Shown: positions 9,030-18,522 of the stretch, in pieces | How the letters are laid out: the number at the start of each line of letters is the position of its first letter | How positions within the stretch are numbered: position 1 is the first letter of the stretch | NCBI GenBank assembly: GCA_028691285.1 | Contig: JAQUZO010000001.1 | Location: 1 to 54,989 of the forward strand | From: Anaerovibrio sp. | GTDB lineage: Bacteria > Bacillota > Negativicutes > Selenomonadales > Selenomonadaceae | Length of the DNA: 54,989 bases | Direction: 5' to 3' | Position numbers and translations under genes: made by a program | The notes under the pieces: generated by a model | The model's database searches: none | What the model saw: only the letters and a program-made list of their open reading frames with translations | What the model was told of the DNA's origin: nothing

Positions 9030-12000
9030 ATGGACAAATATCGTATCGTGCCTGAAAATTGCAGAATACTGGCTCAGCTGGTGGGTGAAATGGAGCTGGT
9101 GCCTGGAGAGCAGCGGCTGTTGGAACGGTGCTTTATTCGTCATGTGGAGGTTACACCGGACACGAATATGTGGGAAATCCTGATTTGGTCGGATGCGGAG
9201 CTGCCCAAGGCACTTTTGGACAGGTGCAGCGGTTATGTGGCGGCCAGACATGGTGTAAGGCAGGTCGTGCTGTATCCTACAGTCATCAAGCTGGAAAAAA
9301 TCCTGGAACAGAAGTGGGAGCAGCTGATAGATTTTGTCTGCAGAGGGGATCATGCTGCCAAGGTTATTTTGGCGCAGTCAAGGCGTGTGTATGGACAGGA
9401 AAGTATTTTGCTGCAGGTGCAGGGCGATTTTGCCCGTTATTTTCTGAAGCAGCATAAGATATTGCAGAAGCTGACCGACGGGGCTTTGAAAATCATCGGT
9501 TATCCGCTGCGCATGGAATGCCAGGCGGTCTATGAAGAAATCGAGGCCTTCAAGCAGGAAAAACCGGTGGCAACGCCCGAATATCTGGCCGCTTTGGAAA
9601 ATATCCATACGGCAGCCGAAGTACCGCCTGCACAGGGGAGCGGTCAGGCATCAGGCGGTGTGGAACGGCGCAGCAGCAGCTCTGGGGAAAACGGCGACAC
9701 TGGACGCAGGAACGGCAGCAATGGCAGCAAAAGATACCGCCGCAGCAAGCTGATTGTCGGGGCGGAGGATTCACCGCAGGTATTTGGCGAGGGAATCGTG
9801 GGAGAGCTGACCCCTATCAAACAGCTGCAGGGAGAGCTGCGCTCGGTTGTTGCCCAGGGGTATATTGCCGGTGTGGACGGCAAGGAATTTGCCAATACCA
9901 ATATGCTGCTCTTTTCTCTGGCAGATAATACAGAGGGGATAAGCTGCAAGGTTTTTCTCAGCGATCACGATGCCTATGAGCTTGTTTTGGGCAGGCTCAA
10001 AAAGGAAGCCAAAGCAGGCGGGATGGTCAAGGTCAGGGGAGCGGTGCGCTATGATACCTACTCCAACGATTATAGCCTGATGCCTGATGCCCTGCTGCTG
10101 GTGCCGAAGGAGCAGCGCAGGGATGAGGCTGCAGAAAAAAGAGTAGAGCTGCACTGTCATACCAATATGAGCTCAATGGATGCAGTTTCTTCAGCCAAGG
10201 TGCTGATCAAAACTGCTGCTAAATGGGGCTGGCCTGCTATCGCCATTACGGATCATGGGTGTGTGCAGGCTTTTCCTGATGCCATGTCTGCGGCGAAGGA
10301 GGCAGGCATCAAGATTATTTATGGGGTGGAAGGATACCTGACCGGCGATGATTACAAGCAGAAGCGGGCACATCATATTATCATCCTCGCCAAAAATCCG
10401 ATTGGCCTGAGAAATCTGTACAAGCTGATTTCCATGTCCAATCTGCGGTTCTTTTTCAAAAGGCCCCGGCTGCCAAAAAAGCTGATCCAGGAATATCGTG
10501 AGGGGCTCATCATCGGCTCTGCCTGCGAAGCGGGAGAGCTGATGCGCGCTATTGTAGCAGGCGCCCCGGAGGAGGAGCTTCTGGAGCTGGCCGGATTCTA
10601 TGACTACCTGGAGATCCAGCCTATCGGCAATAACGAATTTTTGATTCGTGAGGAGGCTTTTCCTGACATCAATACCGAGCAGGACCTGATCAATTTGAAC
10701 CTAAAGGTAGCAGAACTCGCCAAAAAGCTGCACAAGCCGTTGATTGCCACCTGTGATGTACATTTCCTCAATCCGGAGGATCATATTTACAGGGCAATAC
10801 TCATGAAGGGAACCGGCTTTAAGGATGCAGACAGACAGCCTCCTCTGTACCTGCGTACTACAGAGGACATGCTGGCAGAATTTACCTATTTGGGTGAGGA
10901 AGCAGCCTATGAGGCGGTGGTGACCAATCCCCGCAAAATAGCTGAGATGGTGGAGCAGTTCAAGCCGATTCCTGATGGACTGTATTCACCGATGATTCCT
11001 GGCGCTGACGAGGCAATCAGCGACATGACTTATGCCAAGGCCCACGATTTGTATGGCAGTGTCCTGCCGAAAGTGGTTCAGGACCGTATAGATCAGGAGC
11101 TGAAGCCGATTATTGCCCATGGGTTCTCTGTGCTGTATCTGATTGCTCACAAGCTGGTAAAAAAATCCAATATTGACGGCTATCTGGTGGGCTCCCGCGG
11201 CTCGGTAGGCTCTTCCTTTGTGGCAACCATGACGGATATCACAGAGGTAAACCCGCTGCCGCCTCACTGGCGTTGTCCTCACTGCAGGCACAGTGAGTTT
11301 ATTCTGGACGGCTCCTATGGCTGCGGCTATGACCTGCCTGACAAGGCATGTCCTGTATGCGGCACTGATATGCTCAAGGATGGCCATGAAATACCTTTTG
11401 CAGTATTTTTAGGCTTTGACGGGGACAAGGTGCCTGATATCGATTTGAACTTCTCGGGAGAATATCAGCCGGTAGCGCACAAATATACGGAGGAGCTCTT
11501 CGGCAAGGACAATGTTTTCCGTGCCGGCTCCATTACTACTGTAGCTGATAAAACAGCGTACGGCTTTGTCAAGAGGTATTATGAGGAAAAGGGACAGGCG
11601 AAGCGTGAGGCCTTTATCGGCCGCATGGCAGCAGGCTGCCAGGGCGTAAAGCGCACGACAGGGCAGCATCCTGCCGGTATCATGGTAGTGCCCCGCAATA
11701 TGGATGTGCATTTCTTTACACCTCTGCAGCATCCGGCGGATGATTTGACCTCCAGGACCATCACCACTCATTTTGATTATCACTCTATCAGCAGCCGTCT
11801 GGTCAAGCTGGATATTCTGGGACACGATGATCCGACCGTCATCAAGATGCTGGAGGATTTGACCCATCGTGACCCTAAGACGATTCCTTTTGATGATCCG
11901 GCGACCCTGAGCATCTTCAATTCTACAGCAGCTTTGGGCGTAACGCCGGAGCTGCTGGGAGCCAACTCCGGTACCTATGGCATTCCGGAATTCAGGACGA

Positions 12001-12860
12001 ATTTCACCCGTCAGATGATTGATGATACCAATCCACGCTGTTTCAGTGATTTGGTGCGGATTTCCGGCTTTTCACACGGAACGGATGTATGGCTGGGCAA
12101 TGCCCAGGATCTGATCAAGGGCGGCACCTGTACCCTGCAGAATGCTATTTCCGCCCGTGATGATATTATGATTTATTTGATGCACAGCGGTGTAGATCCG
12201 CTGGCATCCTTTAAAATCATGGAGCGCGTCCGCAAGGGCAAGGGGATTCCTGAGGAGCAGGTTGCCATGCTGCGGGAGAAGAAGATTCCTGAGTGGTATA
12301 TCGAGTCCTGCCAAAAGATAAAGTATATGTTTCCTCGTGCCCACGCTACTGCTTATGTGATGATGGCGTACCGCATCGCCTTTTGCAAGGTGCATTATCC
12401 ACTGGCTTATTATGCGGCATATTTTTCCATCCGTGCCGCAGCTTTTGATGCGGATATTATTTCCATGGGGCAAAAGGCCGTCGAGGAGAAGATGGCGGAG
12501 CTGGAGGCCAAAGACAAGCGTGAGGTCAAGGAGGAGGAGCTGTATATAGTTTTGCAGCTGGCCTGGGAAATGTATATCCGCGGTTTTGTCTGCGAGAAGG
12601 TAGACCTGTACCGTTCCAAGGCTGACAGATTTATGATGCTGCCCGAGCACAATGCCATTTTGCCGCCTTTTACGGCACTGGGAGGGCTGGGCAGCGTAGA
12701 TGCACATTCCATTGAGGAGGAACGCAAAAACGGCATGTTTTCTTCTATTGAAAATATGAAAAAGCGTACCGGAATCACCAAGACATCGGTGGAGGTCCTG
12801 CGGAAGCATGGCTGTCTCGATGGTATGGATGAAAGTGACCAGCTCAGCCTTTTCGGCTGA
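9030..12860 (+). CDS. polC: DNA polymerase III PolC-type alpha subunit, lacking the inserted 3'-5' exonuclease domain
   Basis: PolC N-terminal and OB domains, PHP (ELHCHT, TDHG, CDVH), GSRGS, Zn finger CPHC/CPVC, PDIDLNF catalytic motif and C-terminal QLSLF clamp motif. ATG 9030 chosen over 9018. Confidence 0.96.
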   Translation: MDKYRIVPENCRILAQLVGEMELVPGEQRLLERCFIRHVEVTPDTNMWEILIWSDAELPKALLDRCSGYVAARHGVRQVVLYPTVIKLEKILEQKWEQLIDFVCRGDHAAKVILAQSRRVYGQESILLQVQGDFARYFLKQHKILQKLTDGALKIIGYPLRMECQAVYEEIEAFKQEKPVATPEYLAALENIHTAAEVPPAQGSGQASGGVERRSSSSGENGDTGRRNGSNGSKRYRRSKLIVGAEDSPQVFGEGIVGELTPIKQLQGELRSVVAQGYIAGVDGKEFANTNMLLFSLADNTEGISCKVFLSDHDAYELVLGRLKKEAKAGGMVKVRGAVRYDTYSNDYSLMPDALLLVPKEQRRDEAAEKRVELHCHTNMSSMDAVSSAKVLIKTAAKWGWPAIAITDHGCVQAFPDAMSAAKEAGIKIIYGVEGYLTGDDYKQKRAHHIIILAKNPIGLRNLYKLISMSNLRFFFKRPRLPKKLIQEYREGLIIGSACEAGELMRAIVAGAPEEELLELAGFYDYLEIQPIGNNEFLIREEAFPDINTEQDLINLNLKVAELAKKLHKPLIATCDVHFLNPEDHIYRAILMKGTGFKDADRQPPLYLRTTEDMLAEFTYLGEEAAYEAVVTNPRKIAEMVEQFKPIPDGLYSPMIPGADEAISDMTYAKAHDLYGSVLPKVVQDRIDQELKPIIAHGFSVLYLIAHKLVKKSNIDGYLVGSRGSVGSSFVATMTDITEVNPLPPHWRCPHCRHSEFILDGSYGCGYDLPDKACPVCGTDMLKDGHEIPFAVFLGFDGDKVPDIDLNFSGEYQPVAHKYTEELFGKDNVFRAGSITTVADKTAYGFVKRYYEEKGQAKREAFIGRMAAGCQGVKRTTGQHPAGIMVVPRNMDVHFFTPLQHPADDLTSRTITTHFDYHSISSRLVKLDILGHDDPTVIKMLEDLTHRDPKTIPFDDPATLSIFNSTAALGVTPELLGANSGTYGIPEFRTNFTRQMIDDTNPRCFSDLVRISGFSHGTDVWLGNAQDLIKGGTCTLQNAISARDDIMIYLMHSGVDPLASFKIMERVRKGKGIPEEQVAMLREKKIPEWYIESCQKIKYMFPRAHATAYVMMAYRIAFCKVHYPLAYYAAYFSIRAAAFDADIISMGQKAVEEKMAELEAKDKREVKEEELYIVLQLAWEMYIRGFVCEKVDLYRSKADRFMMLPEHNAILPPFTALGGLGSVDAHSIEEERKNGMFSSIENMKKRTGITKTSVEVLRKHGCLDGMDESDQLSLFG

Positions 12861-12876
12861 AAATCACAAAAAAGTG

Positions 12877-12905
12877 TTGACAGAGAATAAAAAATTATAT
12901 ATAAT
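12877..12905 (+). promoter_or_regulatory. Consensus sigma-A promoter for the tRNA cluster
   Basis: TTGACA-17 bp-TATAAT, preceded by an A-rich UP-like tract. Confidence 0.9.
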
Positions 12906-12940
12906 TTCAATTGTTGTCACGCAAGTAGGCAAGTGTAAAT

Positions 12941-13017
12941 GGCCCGGTAGTTTAGTTGGTTAGAATGCCGCCCTGTCACGGCGGAGGTCAGGGGTTCAAG
13001 TCCCCTTCGGGTCGCCA
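12941..13017 (+). tRNA. tRNA-Asp (GTC)
   Basis: Cloverleaf; CCGCC-CT GTC AC-GGCGG anticodon arm; encoded CCA. Confidence 0.97.
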
Positions 13018-13042
13018 CTTTTTTGTGCGGACAATTGGAGCT

Positions 13043-13118
13043 GCGGAAATAGCTCAGTTGGTAGAGCATCACCTTGCCAAGGTGGGGGTCGCGAGTTCGA
13101 GTCTCGTTTTCCGCTCCA
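13043..13118 (+). tRNA. tRNA-Gly (GCC), copy 1
   Basis: GCGGAAA acceptor stem, TT GCC AA loop, TTCGA, CCA. Confidence 0.97.
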
Positions 13119-13140
13119 TTTTTTCTGTAAATTGTATATT

Positions 13141-13215
13141 GGTGACATAGCCAAGCGGTAAGGCCGAGGTCTGCAAAACCTCTATTCCCCAGTTCGATTC
13201 TGGGTGTCACCTCCA
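13141..13215 (+). tRNA. tRNA-Cys (GCA), copy 1
   Basis: GAGGT-CT GCA AA-ACCTC arm, U73 discriminator, CCA. Confidence 0.96.
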
Positions 13216-13217
13216 AT

Positions 13218-13293
13218 GCGGAAATAGCTCAGTTGGTAGAGCATCACCTTGCCAAGGTGGGGGTCGCGAGTTCGAGTCTCGTTTTCCGCTCCA
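13218..13293 (+). tRNA. tRNA-Gly (GCC), copy 2
   Basis: Identical to copy 1. Confidence 0.97.
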
Positions 13294-13319
13294 TTTTTTT
13301 CTGTAAAATTTATATATTT

Positions 13320-13394
13320 GGTGACATAGCCAAGCGGTAAGGCAGAGGTCTGCAAAACCTCTATTCCCCAGTTCGATTCTGGGTGTCACCTCCA
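13320..13394 (+). tRNA. tRNA-Cys (GCA), copy 2
   Basis: Differs from copy 1 at one base (AGGCAGAGG vs AGGCCGAGG). Confidence 0.96.
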
Positions 13395-13407
13395 AACGAC
13401 ATGATCT

Positions 13408-13436
13408 GCCCCTGAGCCTTCTCAGGGGTTTTTATT
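13408..13436 (+). terminator. Terminator of the tRNA operon
   Basis: CCCCTGAG-CCTT-CTCAGGGG followed by TTTTTATTT. Confidence 0.9.
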
Positions 13437-13497
13437 TGCCTTTTTGTTCTAAACCTACTATAATGAAACAGTAAATATTGAGAATTGAGGTTGACCG

Positions 13498-14415
13498 ATG
13501 GCAGATAATGTTATGAGAAAAATTACGGATAATCTTTTGAAGGTTTACAATTACGCTTTCCTGGAGGATACTACCTATGGCTTTTATAAGCCGAATGAGG
13601 CTATGTATGTGGGAGTGCGCATGACTGCGAAGCAGTACAATTGCCCTAAGTGCGGCAGAGCATTTACGGTTGATATACGCAATGACAATGACGGGATTCT
13701 ATATTTTTCCAAGGAGCGCATCGGGGAGCAGAAGCAGGTCTATGAAAGGCTGGGATTGGATTTTCCGGCAGACTGGGAGCTGATGGAGAAGCCGTATACC
13801 TATCAGCTGATTGGCTATTGTGCCGATTGTGCCCGCAGGGAGCTGGGAGACTCGGAGGATGTGGGGCAGAGAATAAACAATCTTTGCCATGAGCTGTATC
13901 TGCAGGACATGCTGGTATCAGACAAGGCAAGACAGTATATGACTGATGCGGTGCAGCACTGGCTTGACGGTATTCATGAGGCAGAGGAGCTGACCCGTTT
14001 TGATTTGGCCAACCCTGAGGTACTGCAGGAATTGATTTGGATCATGGTACTTAGCGATACAGAAGCCTGTGAGCAGGCGCTGCAGGATTATCGTGATGCC
14101 CTGCAGCCTGTCCTTTATGAGCTGGGCACTCTGCTGGAGAAGGCTACACCGGCCTGGAAGGCATATACTGCCCGCAGTTCCAGCCTGCCGGAATCAATGT
14201 CCGATGGAGAATACCATGAATATACACTGGCTTTTCCTGCCGATGATACAGTGGGGCAGGATTTTTACTTTAAAAAGAGTGTGGAGAAGGCCAGGGCAGA
14301 AATGTTCATCAGGCAGCCGCGCATCAACTCTATCCAGGATTTGCTGGCGGATGCAGGCTTCCAGGAAAAATGGCTGGATATGGTGATGGATAAGGCTAAT
14401 GAGCTGACACGCTGA
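13498..14415 (+). CDS. Hypothetical protein with two CxxC motifs (possible Zn site)
   Basis: GAGG RBS, 305-aa ORF, CPKC and CADC; no family recognised. Confidence 0.8.
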   Translation: MADNVMRKITDNLLKVYNYAFLEDTTYGFYKPNEAMYVGVRMTAKQYNCPKCGRAFTVDIRNDNDGILYFSKERIGEQKQVYERLGLDFPADWELMEKPYTYQLIGYCADCARRELGDSEDVGQRINNLCHELYLQDMLVSDKARQYMTDAVQHWLDGIHEAEELTRFDLANPEVLQELIWIMVLSDTEACEQALQDYRDALQPVLYELGTLLEKATPAWKAYTARSSSLPESMSDGEYHEYTLAFPADDTVGQDFYFKKSVEKARAEMFIRQPRINSIQDLLADAGFQEKWLDMVMDKANELTR

Positions 14416-14428
14416 TGAGGTAACAGAT

Positions 14429-15076
14429 ATGAAAAACAGGTGGTTGTTATGCTTGGCACTGGTGTGTGCTGTTTTGGTGTCTTTTTCCGCCCCGGCTGCT
14501 GCCGAAAAAGGTTCCCTGCAGCCTGTAGATTTTACCTTCAAAGGTGTAGCTTTGGGGGATACGGCAGCTGTCATGAAGGAAAAGCTGGGCGAGCCTGACT
14601 TTGATACGGATATCCTGGTGCTGGACCAGACGGTGAAGTGCTATGTGTACTCCTCTGTCCTGAAGGTTTGTACTGATCCGCGCAATGACAAGGTAGTTGC
14701 TGTTGTCTGCAAGGACAAGGAATACAGGGCCAGGGCTGATGTGACCTACGGCTCTACCAAGGCAAAGCTGATGCAGGTGTATGGCAGGGCGGACCGCTAT
14801 AAGAAGGACGGATCGATTTATTATGTTTACCGCAGTCCTGAGAATGAAAAACAGAAGCTCATGCTTTTGATGGAGCCTGAGCATTATTATGTTGAGAGCT
14901 TTTTGCTGACCAGCCTTCCTCTGACAGAGGATGAGCTGGCAGAATATGAAATGGGAGAGTTTGCTGCTATTTCAGGCGGAGGGACTGATGAGGTGTCCGG
15001 CGGCGTCAATGACAAGGGAGAATGGTGGGCCTCCTATGGCATTGCGGAAAATGCTGCTGCAGGGATACAGTCCTGA
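14429..15076 (+). CDS. Hypothetical exported protein
   Basis: GAGG RBS; Sec signal peptide MKNRWLLCLALVCAVLVSFSAPAAA; internal repeat G..LGDT....KEKLGEPD / YGST....MQVYGRAD. Confidence 0.8.
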   Translation: MKNRWLLCLALVCAVLVSFSAPAAAEKGSLQPVDFTFKGVALGDTAAVMKEKLGEPDFDTDILVLDQTVKCYVYSSVLKVCTDPRNDKVVAVVCKDKEYRARADVTYGSTKAKLMQVYGRADRYKKDGSIYYVYRSPENEKQKLMLLMEPEHYYVESFLLTSLPLTEDELAEYEMGEFAAISGGGTDEVSGGVNDKGEWWASYGIAENAAAGIQS

Positions 15077-15120
15077 GCTTTGTGGGAGTGTATATTGTTT
15101 GAGGAAGCAGGTGTAATTTT

Positions 15121-16833
15121 TTGGATATAAAGCACTTGATAAGAGTAGCCCAGGGGTTGGAGCCGGCAGATTTGGTACTGAAAAATGCCGAGGTATTCCA
15201 TGTCTGCACAGGTGAGTTCCTTCTTTGCGATATTGCAATTTCTGACGGCTATATTGCCGGAACGGGCACTTATTTCGGCATTGAGGAAATTGATATGCAG
15301 GGCAGGTATATCACGCCCGGCTTCATAGATGCTCATGTACATATCGAAAGCTCGATGCTGACGCCATACCAGTTCGCAAAGGCGGCACTGCCCTGCGGCG
15401 TGACAACGATTGTTACGGATCCTCACGAGCTTGCCAATGTCTGCGGCACCAGGGGCATTGAGTTTATGCTGGAGGCAACGGAGCATATACCTTTGAATGT
15501 ATATGTCATGCTTCCGTCCTGTGTCCCATCTACGAATTTTGAAGATTCGGGAGCTGCTTTGCTGGCAGAGGATTTGGAGCCGTTTTTGCAGCATCCGAGG
15601 GTTTTGGGGTTGGCAGAGGTGATGAATGCTCCGGGTGTGCTGCGCCAGGAGGAAAATATGATGGCAAAGCTGCGCATGGCCAAAGGATATCACATTGACG
15701 GGCATGCGCCTGGTCTGACCAGCAGCCAGCTTATGGGCTATGCGGCAGCAGGAGTCACCTCCGATCACGAGTGCATCAACAGAGAGCAGGTCCTGGAGCG
15801 GCTGAGAGCCGGTATCAGCATCATGATGCGGGAAGGCACTGCAGCCAAAAACCTCAAGGATTTGCTGCCGGCAGTGAATTCGGATACTGTATCTCAGTTT
15901 ATGTTCTGTGCAGATGACAAAATTCCGGCGGAGCTTTTGGGCAGCGGCTATATCAATGATATGGTCAGGACGGCCATCAGGGAAGGGGTCAGCGTAGCCA
16001 ATGCACTGCAGATGGCTACCATGAATGCTGCCCGGCATTACAACCTGCAGGACATCGGTGCTGTATTGCCCGGACGCAAAGCAGATTTGCTGGTGTTCGA
16101 TGATTTGGATGAATGGAAGCCTGTGCAGGTATATAAGGACGGCAGGCTGGCCTGCGAGCATGGCAGGCTGCTGCAGATGGGAAGCCCGCTGGATTCCAGT
16201 GCCTTGGAGAATACAGTAAATGTCGGAGCAGCGGATTTGGAAAGCCTCAGGCTGCCCGTTGCTGGGGATATGGCCAATGTCATTGGCCTGGTGCCGTACC
16301 AGATAGTTACCAAAAAGGCAGTGCTGCCAGTCAAAAAGATTGATGGCTGCGCTGTCAGCGATATAGAAAATGATATATTGAAGATAGCTGTTTTTGAGCG
16401 GCATAAGGCCACAGGAAAGGTAGGCAAAGGCCTGGTCAAGGGCTTTGGCCTTAAAAGAGGTGCGCTGGCATCAACGGTGGCCCATGATTCGCACAACCTG
16501 ATTGTTGTTGGTACGAATGACACAGATATGCTGACAGCAGTCAAAGAGCTGCAGCGTATGGGCGGCGGTATCTGCATTGTGGAGAATGGCCAGCTTACAG
16601 ACGCGCTCCCGCTGCCTGTAGGCGGCCTTATGACCAATGAGCCTGCTGAGGCTGTAGCAAAAAAGCAGGAGGAGATTATCGCCAGAGCAAGGGAAATGGG
16701 CGTACCGGAGTTTTATTCGCCGTTTTTGACGCTGGCATTCCTGAGTCTGCCGGTGATACCTTCCCTCAAGCTGACAAATCGCGGCTTAGTGGATGTTGAT
16801 TCTTTTAAATTTATTTCGGTGGGGGTTAAATAA
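15121..16833 (+). CDS. ade: Adenine deaminase
   Basis: PGFIDAHVHIESS, DPHE, DGHAP, SDHE and AHDSHN motifs; 570 aa; TTG start. Confidence 0.96.
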   Translation: MDIKHLIRVAQGLEPADLVLKNAEVFHVCTGEFLLCDIAISDGYIAGTGTYFGIEEIDMQGRYITPGFIDAHVHIESSMLTPYQFAKAALPCGVTTIVTDPHELANVCGTRGIEFMLEATEHIPLNVYVMLPSCVPSTNFEDSGAALLAEDLEPFLQHPRVLGLAEVMNAPGVLRQEENMMAKLRMAKGYHIDGHAPGLTSSQLMGYAAAGVTSDHECINREQVLERLRAGISIMMREGTAAKNLKDLLPAVNSDTVSQFMFCADDKIPAELLGSGYINDMVRTAIREGVSVANALQMATMNAARHYNLQDIGAVLPGRKADLLVFDDLDEWKPVQVYKDGRLACEHGRLLQMGSPLDSSALENTVNVGAADLESLRLPVAGDMANVIGLVPYQIVTKKAVLPVKKIDGCAVSDIENDILKIAVFERHKATGKVGKGLVKGFGLKRGALASTVAHDSHNLIVVGTNDTDMLTAVKELQRMGGGICIVENGQLTDALPLPVGGLMTNEPAEAVAKKQEEIIARAREMGVPEFYSPFLTLAFLSLPVIPSLKLTNRGLVDVDSFKFISVGVK

Positions 16834-17753
16834 TGGTTTCTCTTAGCACAGCTGCCAAATATAAAAGGCTGCTGAGTCCGTTTAGTGTCTGCAGGTTCGT
16901 ACTGCTTTTGTGTGCAGCCTGCCGTCTGATGATGCCGGATTATGGCGTGGCAGCAGGGGAAAGGATATTGCCCAATCCTCCGGCTGTGACAGCCGAAGCA
17001 GCTATCGTTGTGGATATGAAGACTGGCGGCATCATTTACGCCAAAAATGCTGATAAAAGAGAATATCCTGCCAGTACCACCAAGATTATGACAGCCATTC
17101 TGCTTCTGGAGGACGGTGACAATAATCAAAATGTGGTGGTGAGTTCTTATGCTGCCAATGATGAGGGGACAGCACTTTGGAGCGGTCAGTCGATGCGACG
17201 GTTCGATATGCTGGAGCTGATGCTGCTGGAGTCTGACAATGGCGCGGCAACAGCTTTGGGCGAGTCTGCTGCCGGCAGTGAGGCACTGTTTTCTGTGATG
17301 ATGAATAAAAAAGCCCGGGAGCTGGGCATGAGCGGTACTCACTTCGTGAATGCCAATGGCCTGCCTGATGAAGAGCATTATTCTACTGTGCGCGATATAG
17401 CCAGGGCTGCTGATTATGCGATGGACAATACCATGTTCAGGCGGATCGTTGGCAGTCCCAAGCTGCTGCTGCCTGATTGGAATACTCCAGGTGCGGTATA
17501 TGAGGCAGAAAATACCAATAAGCTCCTGGAAAGCTATGATGGCTGCATAGGCATCAAAACAGGCTATACTCAGGCTGCCGGAGGCTGCCTGGTATCTGCA
17601 GCACAGCGAAATGGCAGGGAGCTTCTCTGTGTTGTGCTGAAATCAAAGGACATGGATACGAGGTTTTCTGACTCTGCAGCACTCCTGGATTATGGTTTTT
17701 TATGCGCAGAAAATGGTTTGGCAGAGCTGCCGAGGATTGAGGGGATAAAATGA
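16833..17753 (+). CDS. D-alanyl-D-alanine carboxypeptidase (peptidase S11)
   Basis: STTK, SDN and KTG catalytic motifs; hydrophobic N-terminus; TAATG overlap with ade. Confidence 0.93.
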   Translation: MVSLSTAAKYKRLLSPFSVCRFVLLLCAACRLMMPDYGVAAGERILPNPPAVTAEAAIVVDMKTGGIIYAKNADKREYPASTTKIMTAILLLEDGDNNQNVVVSSYAANDEGTALWSGQSMRRFDMLELMLLESDNGAATALGESAAGSEALFSVMMNKKARELGMSGTHFVNANGLPDEEHYSTVRDIARAADYAMDNTMFRRIVGSPKLLLPDWNTPGAVYEAENTNKLLESYDGCIGIKTGYTQAAGGCLVSAAQRNGRELLCVVLKSKDMDTRFSDSAALLDYGFLCAENGLAELPRIEGIK

Positions 17754-18487
17754 ACATAGAGCATATTCATCATTACAGCCATCATTTGAACAGGGAAATG
17801 AATATCCGGGTTTATGGTCATGACGGACTGCCGGTGGTTGCTTTTCCATGTCAGGATGGTGACTGCTACAATTACGAGAGCTATGGCTTTATGGACAATA
17901 TTGCGGATTATATTGACGGAGGAGCCATTCAGCTTTATGTAGTCGATACTGTGGATGCGGAGAGCTGGTCTGATGCCTTTGGTGACAAAGGCTGGCGTGC
18001 ATGGCGGCAGGAGCAGTATTATCATTATATTGTTGAGGAGGTGCTGCCCTGCATCTATTCCCGCAACCACAGCGGCAAGCTGCCTGTCACCTTCGGCTGC
18101 AGCCTGGGAGCAACCCATGCGGCAATTGTTTTTCTGCGCCGCCCCGACCTTTTTGGCGGTGTGTTGGCACTTTCTGGTGTATATGACGCAAAGTATTTCT
18201 TTGATGGCTGGATGAATGAGGTGCTGTACCGCAATTCTCCGGTTCATTTCATGGAGAACCTGCCGCCGGAGCACTGGTATGTGGAGCTGTATAACAAGCG
18301 CAGGCCTATTTTCTGCGTGGGACAGGGGCCTTGGGAGGATGAGGGCAGGCGTACTACGGCAATTATGCGGGATCTGTTCAATGCCAAGGGGATTGGTGCC
18401 TGGTGTGATTTTTGGGGTTATGATGTGGAGCATGACTGGCCCTGGTGGAAAAAGCAGATGCGGTATTTTCTGCCTTATTTGCTGTGA
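17750..18487 (+). CDS. Alpha/beta-hydrolase esterase
   Basis: GCSLG nucleophile elbow and HDWPWW; ATGA overlap with the carboxypeptidase. Confidence 0.88.
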   Translation: MNIEHIHHYSHHLNREMNIRVYGHDGLPVVAFPCQDGDCYNYESYGFMDNIADYIDGGAIQLYVVDTVDAESWSDAFGDKGWRAWRQEQYYHYIVEEVLPCIYSRNHSGKLPVTFGCSLGATHAAIVFLRRPDLFGGVLALSGVYDAKYFFDGWMNEVLYRNSPVHFMENLPPEHWYVELYNKRRPIFCVGQGPWEDEGRRTTAIMRDLFNAKGIGAWCDFWGYDVEHDWPWWKKQMRYFLPYLL

Positions 18488-18522
18488 GGGAAGTCGATAT
18501 TATGGGTATTGGAAGGTAAAAA

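Noticed and set aside
12917-13395. Short ORFs and repeated sequence resembling a CRISPR array or att site
   Set aside because: The repeats are complete duplicated tRNA genes; there are no unique spacers, cas genes or integrase.
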